Source of the DNA: Cycas panzhihuaensis
Lineage: Eukaryota > Plantae > Cycadophyta
Direction of reading: 5' to 3'
DNA length: 64,000 nucleotides
NCBI GenBank assembly: GCA_023213395.1
Contig: CM041465.1
Span: 167,283,741-167,347,740 of the forward strand
Made by a program: the position numbers and the translations under genes. The notes under the pieces were generated by a model, which saw nothing but the letters and a program-made list of their open reading frames with translations, did not search any database and was not told where the DNA came from. Of this stretch, positions 27,561-39,872 are shown one piece after another. How positions within the stretch are numbered: the stretch's first letter is position 1; every line of letters begins with the position of its first letter.

Positions 27561-28733
27561 TCCCCTTAATCATACTTTTGAGTACATTCTACAAGGCTAC
27601 ATTGTCATCCTTCACCATCTAAAAGAATAAGTTTATAGAGGTTTTTCTAGCAAGAGGTAATTGTTTCCTATAACTTGGGACTCTGCCTTAGTCATCTCAG
27701 TGTAAACAACTCAAATACGAGTTTATTATTATCATTTCATTTTGCTATACTTTGATATATACATATAGATTGATATTTTTTTATTATATGATAATGCATG
27801 TATATTACAGGACTACACCTTATTAAATATTCATGTCAATTATTAAATTTTATACATAGGTCATTAATCTCTCTAGTGAAATGTAGGGTCGTTTGGCCTA
27901 CTAATAGAATTATTTAGAGAAAGGCCCTCTTTTATCTATTTAAGGGTCATAGATTATAATAAAAATGTTATTGTATATTTTCTCTTTTAATATATTATAT
28001 ATTAGTACATCTTTTACTGTTACCTTTGGTATCCATTGAGTCCATTGTGAGATCATATTCTATAATCTACTTCTTAATTTAATAAAAGTACTACCAGATC
28101 TCTCTTATTTTTCCATTGTTATTTTAGTCTGAGAAGAGAATTATTTAGAGATACACTCTAAGTGGTATTAAAGTAAAGTGTTAAATCTAGCCAATAGATC
28201 AAAGGAAGTAAAAGAAAAAGGAAAAACTTTACTTTCCCTTAGTAAATCTCTAAAAAACCTTCCTTGTAATAAATTTTATTTTTTCTATTATGTTATATTA
28301 TTAAGGGTCAATTATAAGTAGGTAACAAAGGTTGAAGTCCTACCCATCCCTTCCCTTAGTGGTTAGGTAGAGACCCTATGTTGACAGTCTTTATGCATCA
28401 TATAGATTTGTCACTCTAGACTAAGCATATATGGGTATATACATGTACATGAATTTAAGTAGATCACACCACTTACGTAAGCCTCAAATAGAATATAACT
28501 ATGGAATTGAGCATCCATATACCTTCGAGTATATTAGAGGACCTTTGTGTATTCCCTTGCTATCCTAGAGTAAGAAAATCGTTAGCCTCTTAAACTATAT
28601 GATGCACTAATTAGTAGTTAGTGCTAGAAAGATACCCTTCATAAACACCCTTAGATGGTCATTGACCTTATGGATTGCATATTCCTTGTTAGGTAGTGCT
28701 CTAATATATTGGGCCAAGTAATAAGCTTATAGA

Positions 28734-29366
28734 TGTTGTGTATTATGACAACAATCATTTAACGCTAAAATTTTGGCATGTTTTCAGCACGGTTTCCCCC
28801 CCTAATCTTTCTTAGGGGTTTTCAAGGCGGAGCCCCCTTGGGCTGAGAGTCTTGAGGATGGTGGGCAACCCCACTAAAAGGGGTTCGAGGCGATAGCCCC
28901 ACTCAAAAATTAATACAGTAAATCTTATTAAAATGTAAAGAGAATCAGGGTTGTTCGATATAAATACCCTAGATTTTATGGTTGAGATTCATGCCTTGGA
29001 TGTCCCTCTCATGTAACCTGTTTTAGGGATTTTCTTATTATGTTGTATGTAATGTAATGTACTATGATGAGGGCAGTGGATGATTGTTATTCCTGAGAGC
29101 ACTCTACTACTGAGATATACTATTTCTCCATTCTACGACAATAAAGATCGATACCTTTCTTGTGTGGATGTTTTCCTACCACACTACTAGGGTTTTACCA
29201 TGTTATATCAGGTGCATATGTGATGTTTAGCTTGTATATTGATGTTATTGTATTATTTATGATTTTAGAACTTGCATGTTAAATCTTAGTTTCGATTCCT
29301 GTAACTAGTTGCAAAATAGTTTAGATCTTGTGGCAGTTTAAAGTTTGGGACCTTATATTCTCAACA
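28734..29366 (+). repeat. 5' LTR of Copia-3
   Basis: Direct repeat of 33352-33982; contains GC-rich gcccc/gggg motifs. Confidence 0.95.
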
Positions 29367-29437
29367 AGTGGTATCAGAGCCACTTTTATTTTGTAGTGAG
29401 TCTATGAAGGTTTTGGTGTCCTCTTTTCTACACCAAA

Positions 29438-32400
29438 ATGGCAAAACTAGCAGGTGCAAAGTTCGAGGTGGAGAAATTCAATGGCAAGAACAACTTTGAG
29501 TTGTGAAAGCTAAAAGCGCATTGTATTCTTGTACAGCAGGGTTTGTACAGCAGGTAAATCGAAGAAACCTACAGGGATGGACGATGATGATTGGGATGAC
29601 TTAGATAAAAAGGTACTTAGCACAATATGATTGTGCTTAGAAAATGAAGTCTTGTTTAACATCGCAGGGGAAGAGACAACAGAAGGATTATGGACCCGGT
29701 TGGAAGGCTTATATATGACCAAATCAGTAACGAATCGAATCTACCTGAAGAGGCAACTATACTCGTTACAGATGAAGGAAGATACAAAAATTACTGACTA
29801 TTTAAATATTTGTAATACTCTTATTTGTCAGTTAACTAGTATTGATGTTAAAATTGAGGATGAGGACAAGGTTGTTACCTTGTTATGCTCATTACCCAAA
29901 TCCTGGGATAATATTATAACCTCAATTAGTTTTAACACTACAGATGTATTGGATTATGATTCTGTTGTGAGTGCTTTACTAATGGAAGAACTGTAGAGGA
30001 AATCTAGTTTTGAAACCTCCACACCAGAAGCCATGACAATAAGGGGTAGAACATTTGAGAGAGGACAAAACTCCAGGGATACATCGAGGTCCAAGTCAAA
30101 GAGAAAAATGAGTAAGCTCCGGTGTTGGCATTGTAATAAGACTAGTCACCTCAAGAAGGATTATTACAAAAGGAAGGAGTTCTAGAAAAAGGAAGATCCT
30201 GCCAAGGAGATGAATCAAGTGGACTCAAATCAAGGTATGGATGATGATGTCTTGGTCGCTTGTAATGTTTCTCATTATCACCATGACTGGTTATTAGATT
30301 CAGGTGCTTCGCACCACATGTGTCCATACAAGAGTTGGTTCTCATCATACCAACCTCTTGATGGTGGTGATGTGCTTATAGGAAATGAAGTTTCTTGTAA
30401 GATAGTGGGCATTGGTAGCATCAGAATTAAGATGTTCGATGGAGTAGTCAAAACATTGACTAAGGTTAGACATGTACCTGATTTGAAAAGGAATCTAATT
30501 TCCTTGGGTGAATTAGATTCGGGTGGTTTTAAGCATATAGGTCATGAAGGAGTCCTAAAGGTATCAAATGGTGCCTTAGTTGTTATGAAAGCCTTAAAGA
30601 AAGGAAATCTTTATATTTTAGTGGGAAATGCGGATGTCGAAGCGGTATAGCATCAAAGATTGCAGAAGATCCAGCTCAGTTATGGCATCAGAGACTTGGC
30701 CACATGAGTGAGAAAGGACTTAAGGTGCTGATAAACCGTAAGTTGGACTTAAGGTGCTGGTAAACCATAAGTTGCTTCATGACTTACAACTTTTAAATTT
30801 GGCTTTATGTAAATATAATGTTTTTGGAAAACAGTGTAGACTCAGGTTTAAAGTAGAGAGTCACACTAGTAAAGACGTTCTAGATTACATACATTCAGAT
30901 GTATGGGTCTATTTTTTGAAAAGGAAATCTGAAGTTTTCAGTGTGTTTAAGCAGTTCAAGGCTCTAGTTGAGAATAATACTGATAAGACAGTCAAATATT
31001 TAAGAACTGACAATGGAGGTGAGTTCAACTCCTTGAAGTTTGAGAACTATTGCAGAGAAGCTGGGATCGAAAGACACAAAACCACTAACTATACTCCACA
31101 AAAAAATGGCATTGTAGAGTGCATGAATAGGACACTCTTGGAAAGAGCAAGAAGCATGCTAAGTAATGAAGGAATGGAGCAGGGCTTATGGGTAGAAGTT
31201 ATTCAAACAGCTTGCTATTTGGTAAACAAGTCACTATCATTTGCAATAGATTGCAAGATTCCTGAAGAGGTATGGACTGGACATCCATATGATTATTCAA
31301 ATTTAAAAGTTTTTAGTTGTGATGATTATGCCTGGACTGACAAAAGTAAACATTCAAAGTTAGACCCAAAATCTAAGAGGTATATCTTTGTTGGTTATGG
31401 TGATAAGGATGGTGTGAAGGGATACAGGTTGTGGGATCCTACTACCCACAAAATCACCATTAACAGAGATGTTGTATTTGATGAATCTCCCCTTCTAAAA
31501 TCAGACAGTGGAGAAGTTAAAATGAAACAGAAGCAGGAAGATGAACATTAACAGGTTAAGTTTGAAACCTAGCCATCTTTAGAATTAGAAGAGCAAGAAG
31601 GTTTTTCTAAAGATGAATCTACATCAGATTTACAAGAGTATGTGGACACTCCTCTGCCAGCAATTAGAAGATCTACACGAGTCAGTCATCCACCTGATAG
31701 GTATAGCCCATCTACTTCTATTACTTTGGTTTCTAATGATGGTGAGCCTACATGTTTTCAAGAAGAAATAGATGATATCCATAGTGAGAAGTGGAAGAGG
31801 GCTATGCAGGAAGAGATAGATGCATTGAATTAAAATAATTCATGGGAATTGGTAGAACTTCCACATGGCAGGAAGACTGTTGGTTGCAGGTGGATTTTTA
31901 AGATTAAAATAGATGTTGATGGAAAGGTTGACAAATACAGGGCAAGATTGGTGGCTAAAGGCTATGTACAGAAAGCAAGTAATGATTTTCATGAGATCTT
32001 TTCCCCAGTTGTCAAACTTGTTTCAATTCGAGTGTTGTTAGCATTAGTAGCTTCTCTTGATTTGGAGCTAGAGTAATTAGATGTAAAAACAACTTTTCTA
32101 CATGGAGATTTAGATGAGGAGATCTATATGGATCAACTAGAAGGGTTTGTACAGGATGGTAGAAAAAGACTTGTTTGTAGATTCAGGAAATCATTGTATG
32201 GTCTAAAGCAATCACCTAGGCAGTGGTACAAGAAGTTTGATGCCTTTATGAAGAGCCAAAATTTTAAAAGAAGTGAGTATGATTATTGTGTTTACTTTAA
32301 ATTTATAGACAATGGCTTATTCATTATCTTGGTACTATATGTTGATGACATGCTAGTTACAAGCAAGAGCATGGAAGAAATCAATAAGCTATAGGCTCAA

Positions 32401-33303
32401 CTGGCTAAGACTTTTGATATGAAGGATCTAGGAGCTACAAAATAAATCTTAGGCATGAAGATATGCAGAGACAGGAAAAATGGTAAGCTATGGTTATTAC
32501 AGCAGAAATATGTGGAGAAGGTACTAACCAGGTTTGGTATGGCAAATGTGAAACCAGTGAGTATCCCATTGGCTTCCCATTTCAAGCTTTCTTCGAATAT
32601 GAGTCCTAGTAGTAAAGAAGAAAAGGTTTATATATCTCGTGTGCCTTATGCTAGTGTAGTAGGAAGTTTGATATATGCCATGGTATGTACAAGACTTGAT
32701 ATTCCACATGTAGTCAGTGTAGTTAGTAGGTTTATGGCAAATCCATTGAAAGAACATTGGGCTGCAATAAAATGGGTGCTTCAGTATTTGAGAGGCACAA
32801 GTGACTACTGCATCACCTTTGGAGGTACATGTAATCAGGTTTGTGGATATGTTGATTCAGACTTTGTAAGATATTTAGGCAAAAGAAGGTCTACTTCATG
32901 TTATGTTTTCACTCTTACAAATGGTCCAGTTAGTCAAATGTCCAAATTACAAAGCACAATTACACTATCAACCACTAAAGTTGAATATGTTGCTACAGCA
33001 CATGCTTGTAAAGAAGCAATCTAGTTACAAGGTCTATTGGTTGAGCTTGGAAGGAGACAGGAAAATATAAAGGTATTTTGTGACAGTCAAGGTGCCATTT
33101 ACTTAGCCAAGAATCTGGCTTATCATAGTATAACAAAGCATATTGCTCTTAAGTACCATTTTATCAGATAGGTTGTGGAAGCAGGTGGAGTGGCACTTGA
33201 GAAGATTCACATCAATTAGAATTATGCTAATATATTCATAAAACTAGTACCAGTAGAGAAGTTCAAATGGTGTTTGACTTTTCTTGGCTTGCAGAAAAGA
33301 TGA
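29438..33303 (+). pseudogene. Copia-3 gag-pol pseudogene (Tnt1-like polyprotein)
   Basis: MAKLAGAKFEVEKFNGKNNF; WLLDSGASHHM (PR); LRTDNGGEF and KLDPKSKR (INT); LYGLKQSPRQW and LYVDDML (RT); GYVDSDF (RH). Multiple premature stops, a frameshift and an internal deletion. Confidence 0.95.
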
Positions 33304-33351
33304 TGAAGGGTCCAGGAAAGGTACCGAGTAAATTGTTGTCAAGGTGGAGAT

Positions 33352-33982
33352 TGTTGGGTATTATGACAACAATTGTTTAAGGCTAAAATTTTGGCATGTT
33401 TTCAGTGCGGTCCCCCCCCCTAATCTTTCTCGGGGGGTTCCAAGGCGAGCCCCCTTGGCCGAAATCTTGAGGGTGGTGGGCGTCCCCTGCTGAAAGGGTT
33501 CAAGGGTGATAGCCCAGGCCAAAAGATAGCCACATAAACCTTATTAAAATGTAAAGAGAATCAGGGTCATTCGATACAAATACCCTAGATTCTATGGTTG
33601 AGATTCATGCCTTGGATGTCCCTCTCATGTAACCCGTTTTAAGGCTTTTCTTATTATGTTGTATGTAATGTAATGTATTGTGATGAGGGCGGTGGCTGGT
33701 TGTTGTTCTTAAGAGCACTCTACTACTGAATTGTACTATTTCTCCATTTTACAGTAATAAAGATCGATACCTTTCCTGTGTGAATGTTTCCCTAGCACAC
33801 TGCTAGGGTTTTACCATGTTATATCAGGTGCATATGTGATGTTTAGCTTGTATATCGATGTTATTGTATTATCTCTAATTTTAGAACTTGCATGTTAAAT
33901 CTTAGTTTTGATTCCTGTAACTAGTTGCAAAATAGTTCAAATCTTGTAGCGGTTTAAAGTTTGGGACCTTGTATTCTGAACA
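33352..33982 (+). repeat. 3' LTR of Copia-3
   Basis: Follows the PPT and ends ...ttctgaaca. Confidence 0.95.
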
Positions 33983-35099
33983 ATAAAAGGGCCTGTAGAG
34001 ATAAAAACCTTTATTAAATTGTAGTAGGTTTCATCATTACCATAAGCTTGGGAAAATAAAGAAATAAATAAAATAATATATCTAAAATTCTTGAGACTTT
34101 TATACTATAGTTAATACTATAAATCACTATATAATAATTTAAACAACTATTGTTTAAAGTTAGTTATTTACAAGACTATTAAATAAACCCATTATTACGA
34201 AGTTAGTAAATCACAAACGACTTAACTCTAGAATGAGATGGGCATTATTATAAATAACAATATATCGTAAGTAAGGTAGAAATATTGAAATTCCTATCTA
34301 AAACTTCAACATAAGTTAGATCTATATCCAATGAATCTCTCAATTTAATTTAGTTAGTCTTTTAGTTTAATCCCCTTAGAAAGGAAGGGAAAAAAAAAGG
34401 AAAAAAGAAAAAGAAAGAGTAAGACATAACTAATCTACAAGGTGATATCAATGAATACTTCTCTAATTTGGATGAAACCTACACTATTAGACTCATCATT
34501 AAAATAAAATTAAAAAAGAAAAACATAAAAATTTATACATATTATTTTGATTAGTGTGTCATGCTAATCATTTTTTACTAGGTCAATTATAATTATCAAT
34601 TTTGGGGAAAATTAATCTATAGGCACCTTGTCAGCCCTATAGGTTAAAATGTTTTATCTAAAGCTTACCTACTCTATTTCAATGAGATATTTACACTCAT
34701 TTTAGTGTACTAGGTGATTTCCTTGGTTAATTATTTTGGGTTTAATAGCATATAGACCCCCCCCCCCCACTCCTTCCCTTCTTTTCCCTTTTTTAATAAG
34801 AATCCCTAGTTTGTTTAAAATTCATTCTCTATACTTATCCCTATTTTGTTAAAAGCTATTCTATCTTGCTTCACCCATTCCTTGCATCATCTTCTTCTTA
34901 CTAATCCCTTTTCTTAAAAACCCCTTCTATCTCCATGATGTCTCCTCCTTCTCAAGTAGAAAAAATCTTTACTTTAGAAATATTCTTTATGGATTTCTAA
35001 AAAGAGGTAAGATTAAAAATATCTAATCTAGTAACAAAGGTTGACATCACTACAATCTTGAACCAAATAATCTAATCTAACTCTAATTCTATGTGGTCT

Positions 35100-38000
35100 T
35101 TAAATTTGATAGGCAACCCTCCACCAAATTAGGTAGGTAACCCACCTCCTTGGCTATAACACCTCCATCATAAGATCAATATTTTGATTTTCTACCCTAA
35201 TCTTAACAAGGATAATGCTTAAAATTGGATTAGCAAGATGAAATCCTATTTCTCACTCAATCTATTGTCTAAGGCAAATCATAAAACATATGCATCCATC
35301 CATATGGATGGAAGGTGCATTATTGGTTTTACTAATGGAAGCAAGAATACCCTTCAAATTAGACATGGGTACATTTTACTAATAGTTTTCTTAAATAGTA
35401 TGAGGATGCTTAAAATCAATCATTCTTCACCTAACTTACAATGATGAAGTAAGTATCATCAATAGAAATTGTTATAGATAAATTTCAAACATTATAGAAC
35501 TATACCAACTAACATTTAGAGAAACAAACCATTATTGATACTTATATTAAAGGACTTAAAAAACATATCCAAATGCACCTCAAGATAATGTCTTTGCCTA
35601 GCTTAAAATAAGTCATTAAAATGGCTAAAGTATTAGAGGTAGAATTTGTATCTGAATGAATAACTTCCTCCTACAGGGACCTCTCATGGTTCCAAGCTCT
35701 CAATAAGTTGAATTCCAATGACCCTAGCCTTAAGTTGATGACGTAGTTCAACCTATAATATAGTGAACATCAGAAGAACCTTCAACAAAATGAGTTTGAG
35801 TCACCCAACTAAAGTACATCATTGAATAAAAGTAGGCCTATGCATTCAATGCTCAGAGAAGTAGACTCTAGGACATGGTAGAATTTTCAAAGCTAGGTAT
35901 ATGGTCTTTTCCATTGACCCTACCCTATCTTCTAAAGAAAACTTAGACTCTAATTTAAACTAAGAACCAAATAAAGAACCACCCATAGATCACACCCCTA
36001 ACCTTCAACCTAAAGTATCCCTCTCTACCATAGCCTCTATCTCCTACCTAGAACCTCTTTAAGTTAAAGGCATCTTATGTAAGACTCTAATGATTATATT
36101 AATTGACAATGGCATGTCCTTGAATTTCATAGATATCTCACTGGCTAAGTAGCTCAACCTATATATTGTTCCCAAAACTAGTTTCACTTACTCCCTATTA
36201 GGTTATAAAAAGTTAAATTATGTTAGGGAAATTAGAAACCTATATGTGTAAATTAGCACATACCTCCTAACTTTAAATTTTTATCCAAAGGATATAATGG
36301 TTACAAACTTTAGGCACATATAGTACCAATAATTCCCTAAATAATCCTTTCATCCTATTTAAAGATAATATGGGCTAAACACATAAAATATATGGCATCC
36401 AAACCCCTCTAAATCAACTTGTATTATCAAGGGGAATGAAAAGATATTTATAAACCAATCTGGGTTATATCATTCATCTAAATAACATCTAAGCTAGCCC
36501 TTAGATTCACCCATGTACTTAAGAAATCACCACCAAATACCACCAAGTATTTGCCCCTCTTCTTGCCACTCCCCTGCTTAATCACAACTGTTATCATACC
36601 ATCAAACTCTAGTCTAACCATGACCTAATTAATCTTAGGCCATACATGAATTCTTACTTCTAAAAGAATGAAAATGAGAAAATTACCAATGAGTTGATAG
36701 ATATAGAAATCATCCAACTGAGTAAAAGTCCCTATATAGTCCTAATAGTTCTAGTGCAATAAAAGATGGCTCTTTTGACCTTTGTAGAGACTATATGGAG
36801 CTCAATTAAATTATGATAAAAAATAAGTTCCCCACCCTAATAATTGATGATATGCTTGATGAGATTTATGGTTCCTTTATTTTTTTCTAAATTAGATTTA
36901 CAATATGGGTATTATTAGATTCCAATTACCTTAAAAGACTACCACAAAATAACTTTTTGAATCGATCACAGCCATTTTGAGTTTTAAGTAATGCCTTTTA
37001 TAAGTGTTTTGTATATAATTGTACTTCATTGGGAGCTCCTTTAACCAACTTGCTCTATAAAGACTTATTTCAATAATCTCGTAAAGTAGAACCTAGCTTT
37101 GTCTACCTCAAACTGGTCATGACTTCCACTCTAGTGCTTGCTACCTCAAACTTCACACAACCATTTCAACTTGAATGTAATACATTAGGATTTGTCTTGG
37201 GAGTAGTTCCTATATAAAACTTCCATCCTATCACCTATGGAAGTTGAAAACTTACATACCATGAACTTTAGTTATCCACATATCAAAAAGAAATGAAAGC
37301 AGTCTTACACATAATAAATAATACCTTATTGGTTTAAAATTTACTATTCTCATTGATCACCACATACTCCATTGCTTATTAAAATGACTTATTCTATTTG
37401 AAGAATATGCTAAGTGGGTAGACCACTTATAGGTATTCAAATTTACCATTTCCTATAAAATATCCAAAGACAATATTGTTGTGGATGCCCTCTCCTACCT
37501 CCCCTTTGAATCCACCACCCTTGATTTCATTATTCATGCCATCTCAAAACCTCACCTTAATTAGCTATAATAATTGGCTACCAAAACTAAGAAACAACCT
37601 GACTATCCCTAATGGATAGACAAAGCTCATAATAAAAATGTATGATCAACCCACAATACCTATTTGTTGTTTAAAAAGTATATCTTTGTCTACCCAGCCT
37701 CCCCTTTTATCTCTCGTATTTTAATAGAGTATTATTCAACCCTTTAAGAGACCACTCAAGATTTGCTAAGACCTATTATCGCATTCATGAAATTTTATTT
37801 TAGCACCATATGAAGTCTACTATCTTCATATTTATGTCAGGATGTGATATTTTCCAAAGAAATAAAGTGGAAACTAAAGCCTTTCCAAGTCTTCTGTAAC
37901 CATTACATATTCTTCAAGGTAAATGGCAAGATATAGCCATGGATTTTATTATGGGTTTACTCACTTCAACAAGATTTGACTCAATCTAGATAATCATCAA

Positions 38001-38975
38001 TCAACTTACTAAATATATATATTTTTTATTTCTGTTTATACATCCTACAAATCATCACATCTTACCGATCTCTACATCTAAATTGTCTTTTGATTCCATG
38101 GATTTCCCTTAACTATTATATATGATAGGGACCCTAAGTTTACTAACTCTTTTTAGCAAGGTCTCTTTCAAGTAATAGGAACCTCATTTAATGTAAGCAC
38201 AATGTACCATCCTCAAATCGATGGTTAATTTGGGGTCTTAAGTAAAACCCTTAAAACATACCTACATTATTTTTCTTTCGATCATCAAGCTAAGTAGACT
38301 ATGTGGTTACCACTAGTAGAATATTCGTATAACTCATCACACTATTTAAGCATATCCCCATTCCTAGACCTATATGAATATCATCCTCTATCTCATCATA
38401 CTTTATCCACTAACCTCTATACAATTGTAGCCCAAAATCTTTAAGAGATGGACTAGATTCTTTATAAGATCAAGAATAACTTAGCTAATATATAAAATTA
38501 TATGAAGTAACTTATTGACTACCATTATTTTGATGGTCCATTTACCATTGGTGATCTAGTATTCCTCTATCTCCAACCTTACAAGTAATACTCTCTTAAG
38601 TCCCATGTAAGCCACAAGTTGAGCCCATGTTACTATGGCCTATATATAGTCCCTCAAAAAATTGGTGAAGTTGCATACACCTTTAAACTTCCTCTAGATA
38701 CCAAAATCCATAATGTTTTCTATGTCTCCTACCTAAAAAAGTGTCTAAAAAAAAATTTACCCCCTACACCACCCTTTCCATTCTTAGTGATGAGTAAATT
38801 CTCACCATTCCTCTAGACTATATCATTGCTAGTCATCAATGTTATCTTTAAAATTAGACAATCTCTAAGTATTTAGTACAGTAGAGTAGATGTGACATAG
38901 AAGAGGTAACTTGGGAGTTAAATGAGTTTGTCCAGTAATGCCCTCATCTTCAATGCTTTGAGGACTCGTTATCTT
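35100..38975 (+). pseudogene. Chromovirus gag-pol pseudogene with C-terminal chromodomain
   Basis: gag NWISKMKSYF; PR ILIDNG.SLNFI (~36095); RT KNKFPTLIIDDMLDE...FSKLDL...VMPF; INT W..IAMDFI, DRDPKFT, YHPQIDG; GPY-like SPCYYGLY...IHNVFYVSYLKK; chromodomain KYLVQ*...EEVTWE. Confidence 0.88.
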
Positions 38976-39872
38976 AATGGGGGGCACCTATTACATGACT
39001 ACACCTTGTTAGCAGAATGGAGCACTAATAAGTAGTAAACCATAAGGCAATGAAGTGTTAATGCCACTTATTAAACTTTGTGCATAGACCATTAAGCTCT
39101 CAAATGAAATGTAAGGCCATTTAGCCTACCAATAGAATTATTTAGAGAAAGACTATCTTTTGTTTATTTAAGGATTAAGGATTATAGTAAAAAGGTTGTT
39201 CTATATTTACTCTTTTAAGATATTATACTTTAGTATCTCTTTTGGTGTCTATTAAGTCCATTATGAGATCATATTTTCTAATCTAATTCTTAATTTAATA
39301 AAATTGTCATATATTCTCTCTTATTTTTTTCAATATCATTTTTTAGTATGAGAAGAAAACTACTAGGAGGCAAGCTCTAGTGTGTGTGTGTTTTTAGCTT
39401 ATGACAATAAATAACCTTAGTGATACAATAAAAACCATGCACTTAAACTGAATTTAATGAAGAGAAATCCCTTATTATATTTTGGACCCCCTTTGGCATC
39501 ATTTTTCTTTTTGTTTAACTACTTTTCCCATATTCTCTTTTTGAATTCTTTTTATTCTTTTATTGTTTAGCTTGTACTATTATAAAATCCTATACCTTTT
39601 TATTTTTAGTAATGGTACATCATGTGCCATTATGAAAAATATAATGGTACATTATATACCATTACAAAATGTATGACAATCTATAATGTATCATTGAAGA
39701 AAGTAAAACAATATAGAAAGTACCATTGTAAACTAAAATAGCATATTTTTGTGTTATGCTGAGATCACAACCAATTTTAAATAGGTGAAAATTGAATGTC
39801 CAACCTCCCCTTGTCAATATAAATTAATTACAAATGCTCATGGGAGGGAATATAGAGTTAATACTCCACTTT

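Larger units (their letters stand above)
28734..33982 (+). mobile_element. Ty1/copia LTR retrotransposon, Tnt1/Tork-like (Copia-3); best-preserved coding element in the window
   Basis: LTRs at 28734-29366 and 33352-33982 (TG...CA). PBS TGGTATCAGAGCCA at 29369-29382. PPT AAGGTGGAGA at 33341-33350. TSD ATAGA/ATAAA. Confidence 0.97.
27803..39379 (+). mobile_element. Decayed Ty3/gypsy chromovirus (Reina/Tekay-like) with nested Copia-3
   Basis: LTRs at 27803-28160 and 38989-39379 (tattaca.gactacacc...ctcta). Decayed Met PBS tggtattaaagt at 28163-28174. PPT aatgggggg at 38976-38984. Order gag-PR-RT-RH-INT-chromodomain. TSD is weak (ATGTA/GTGTG). Confidence 0.88.
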
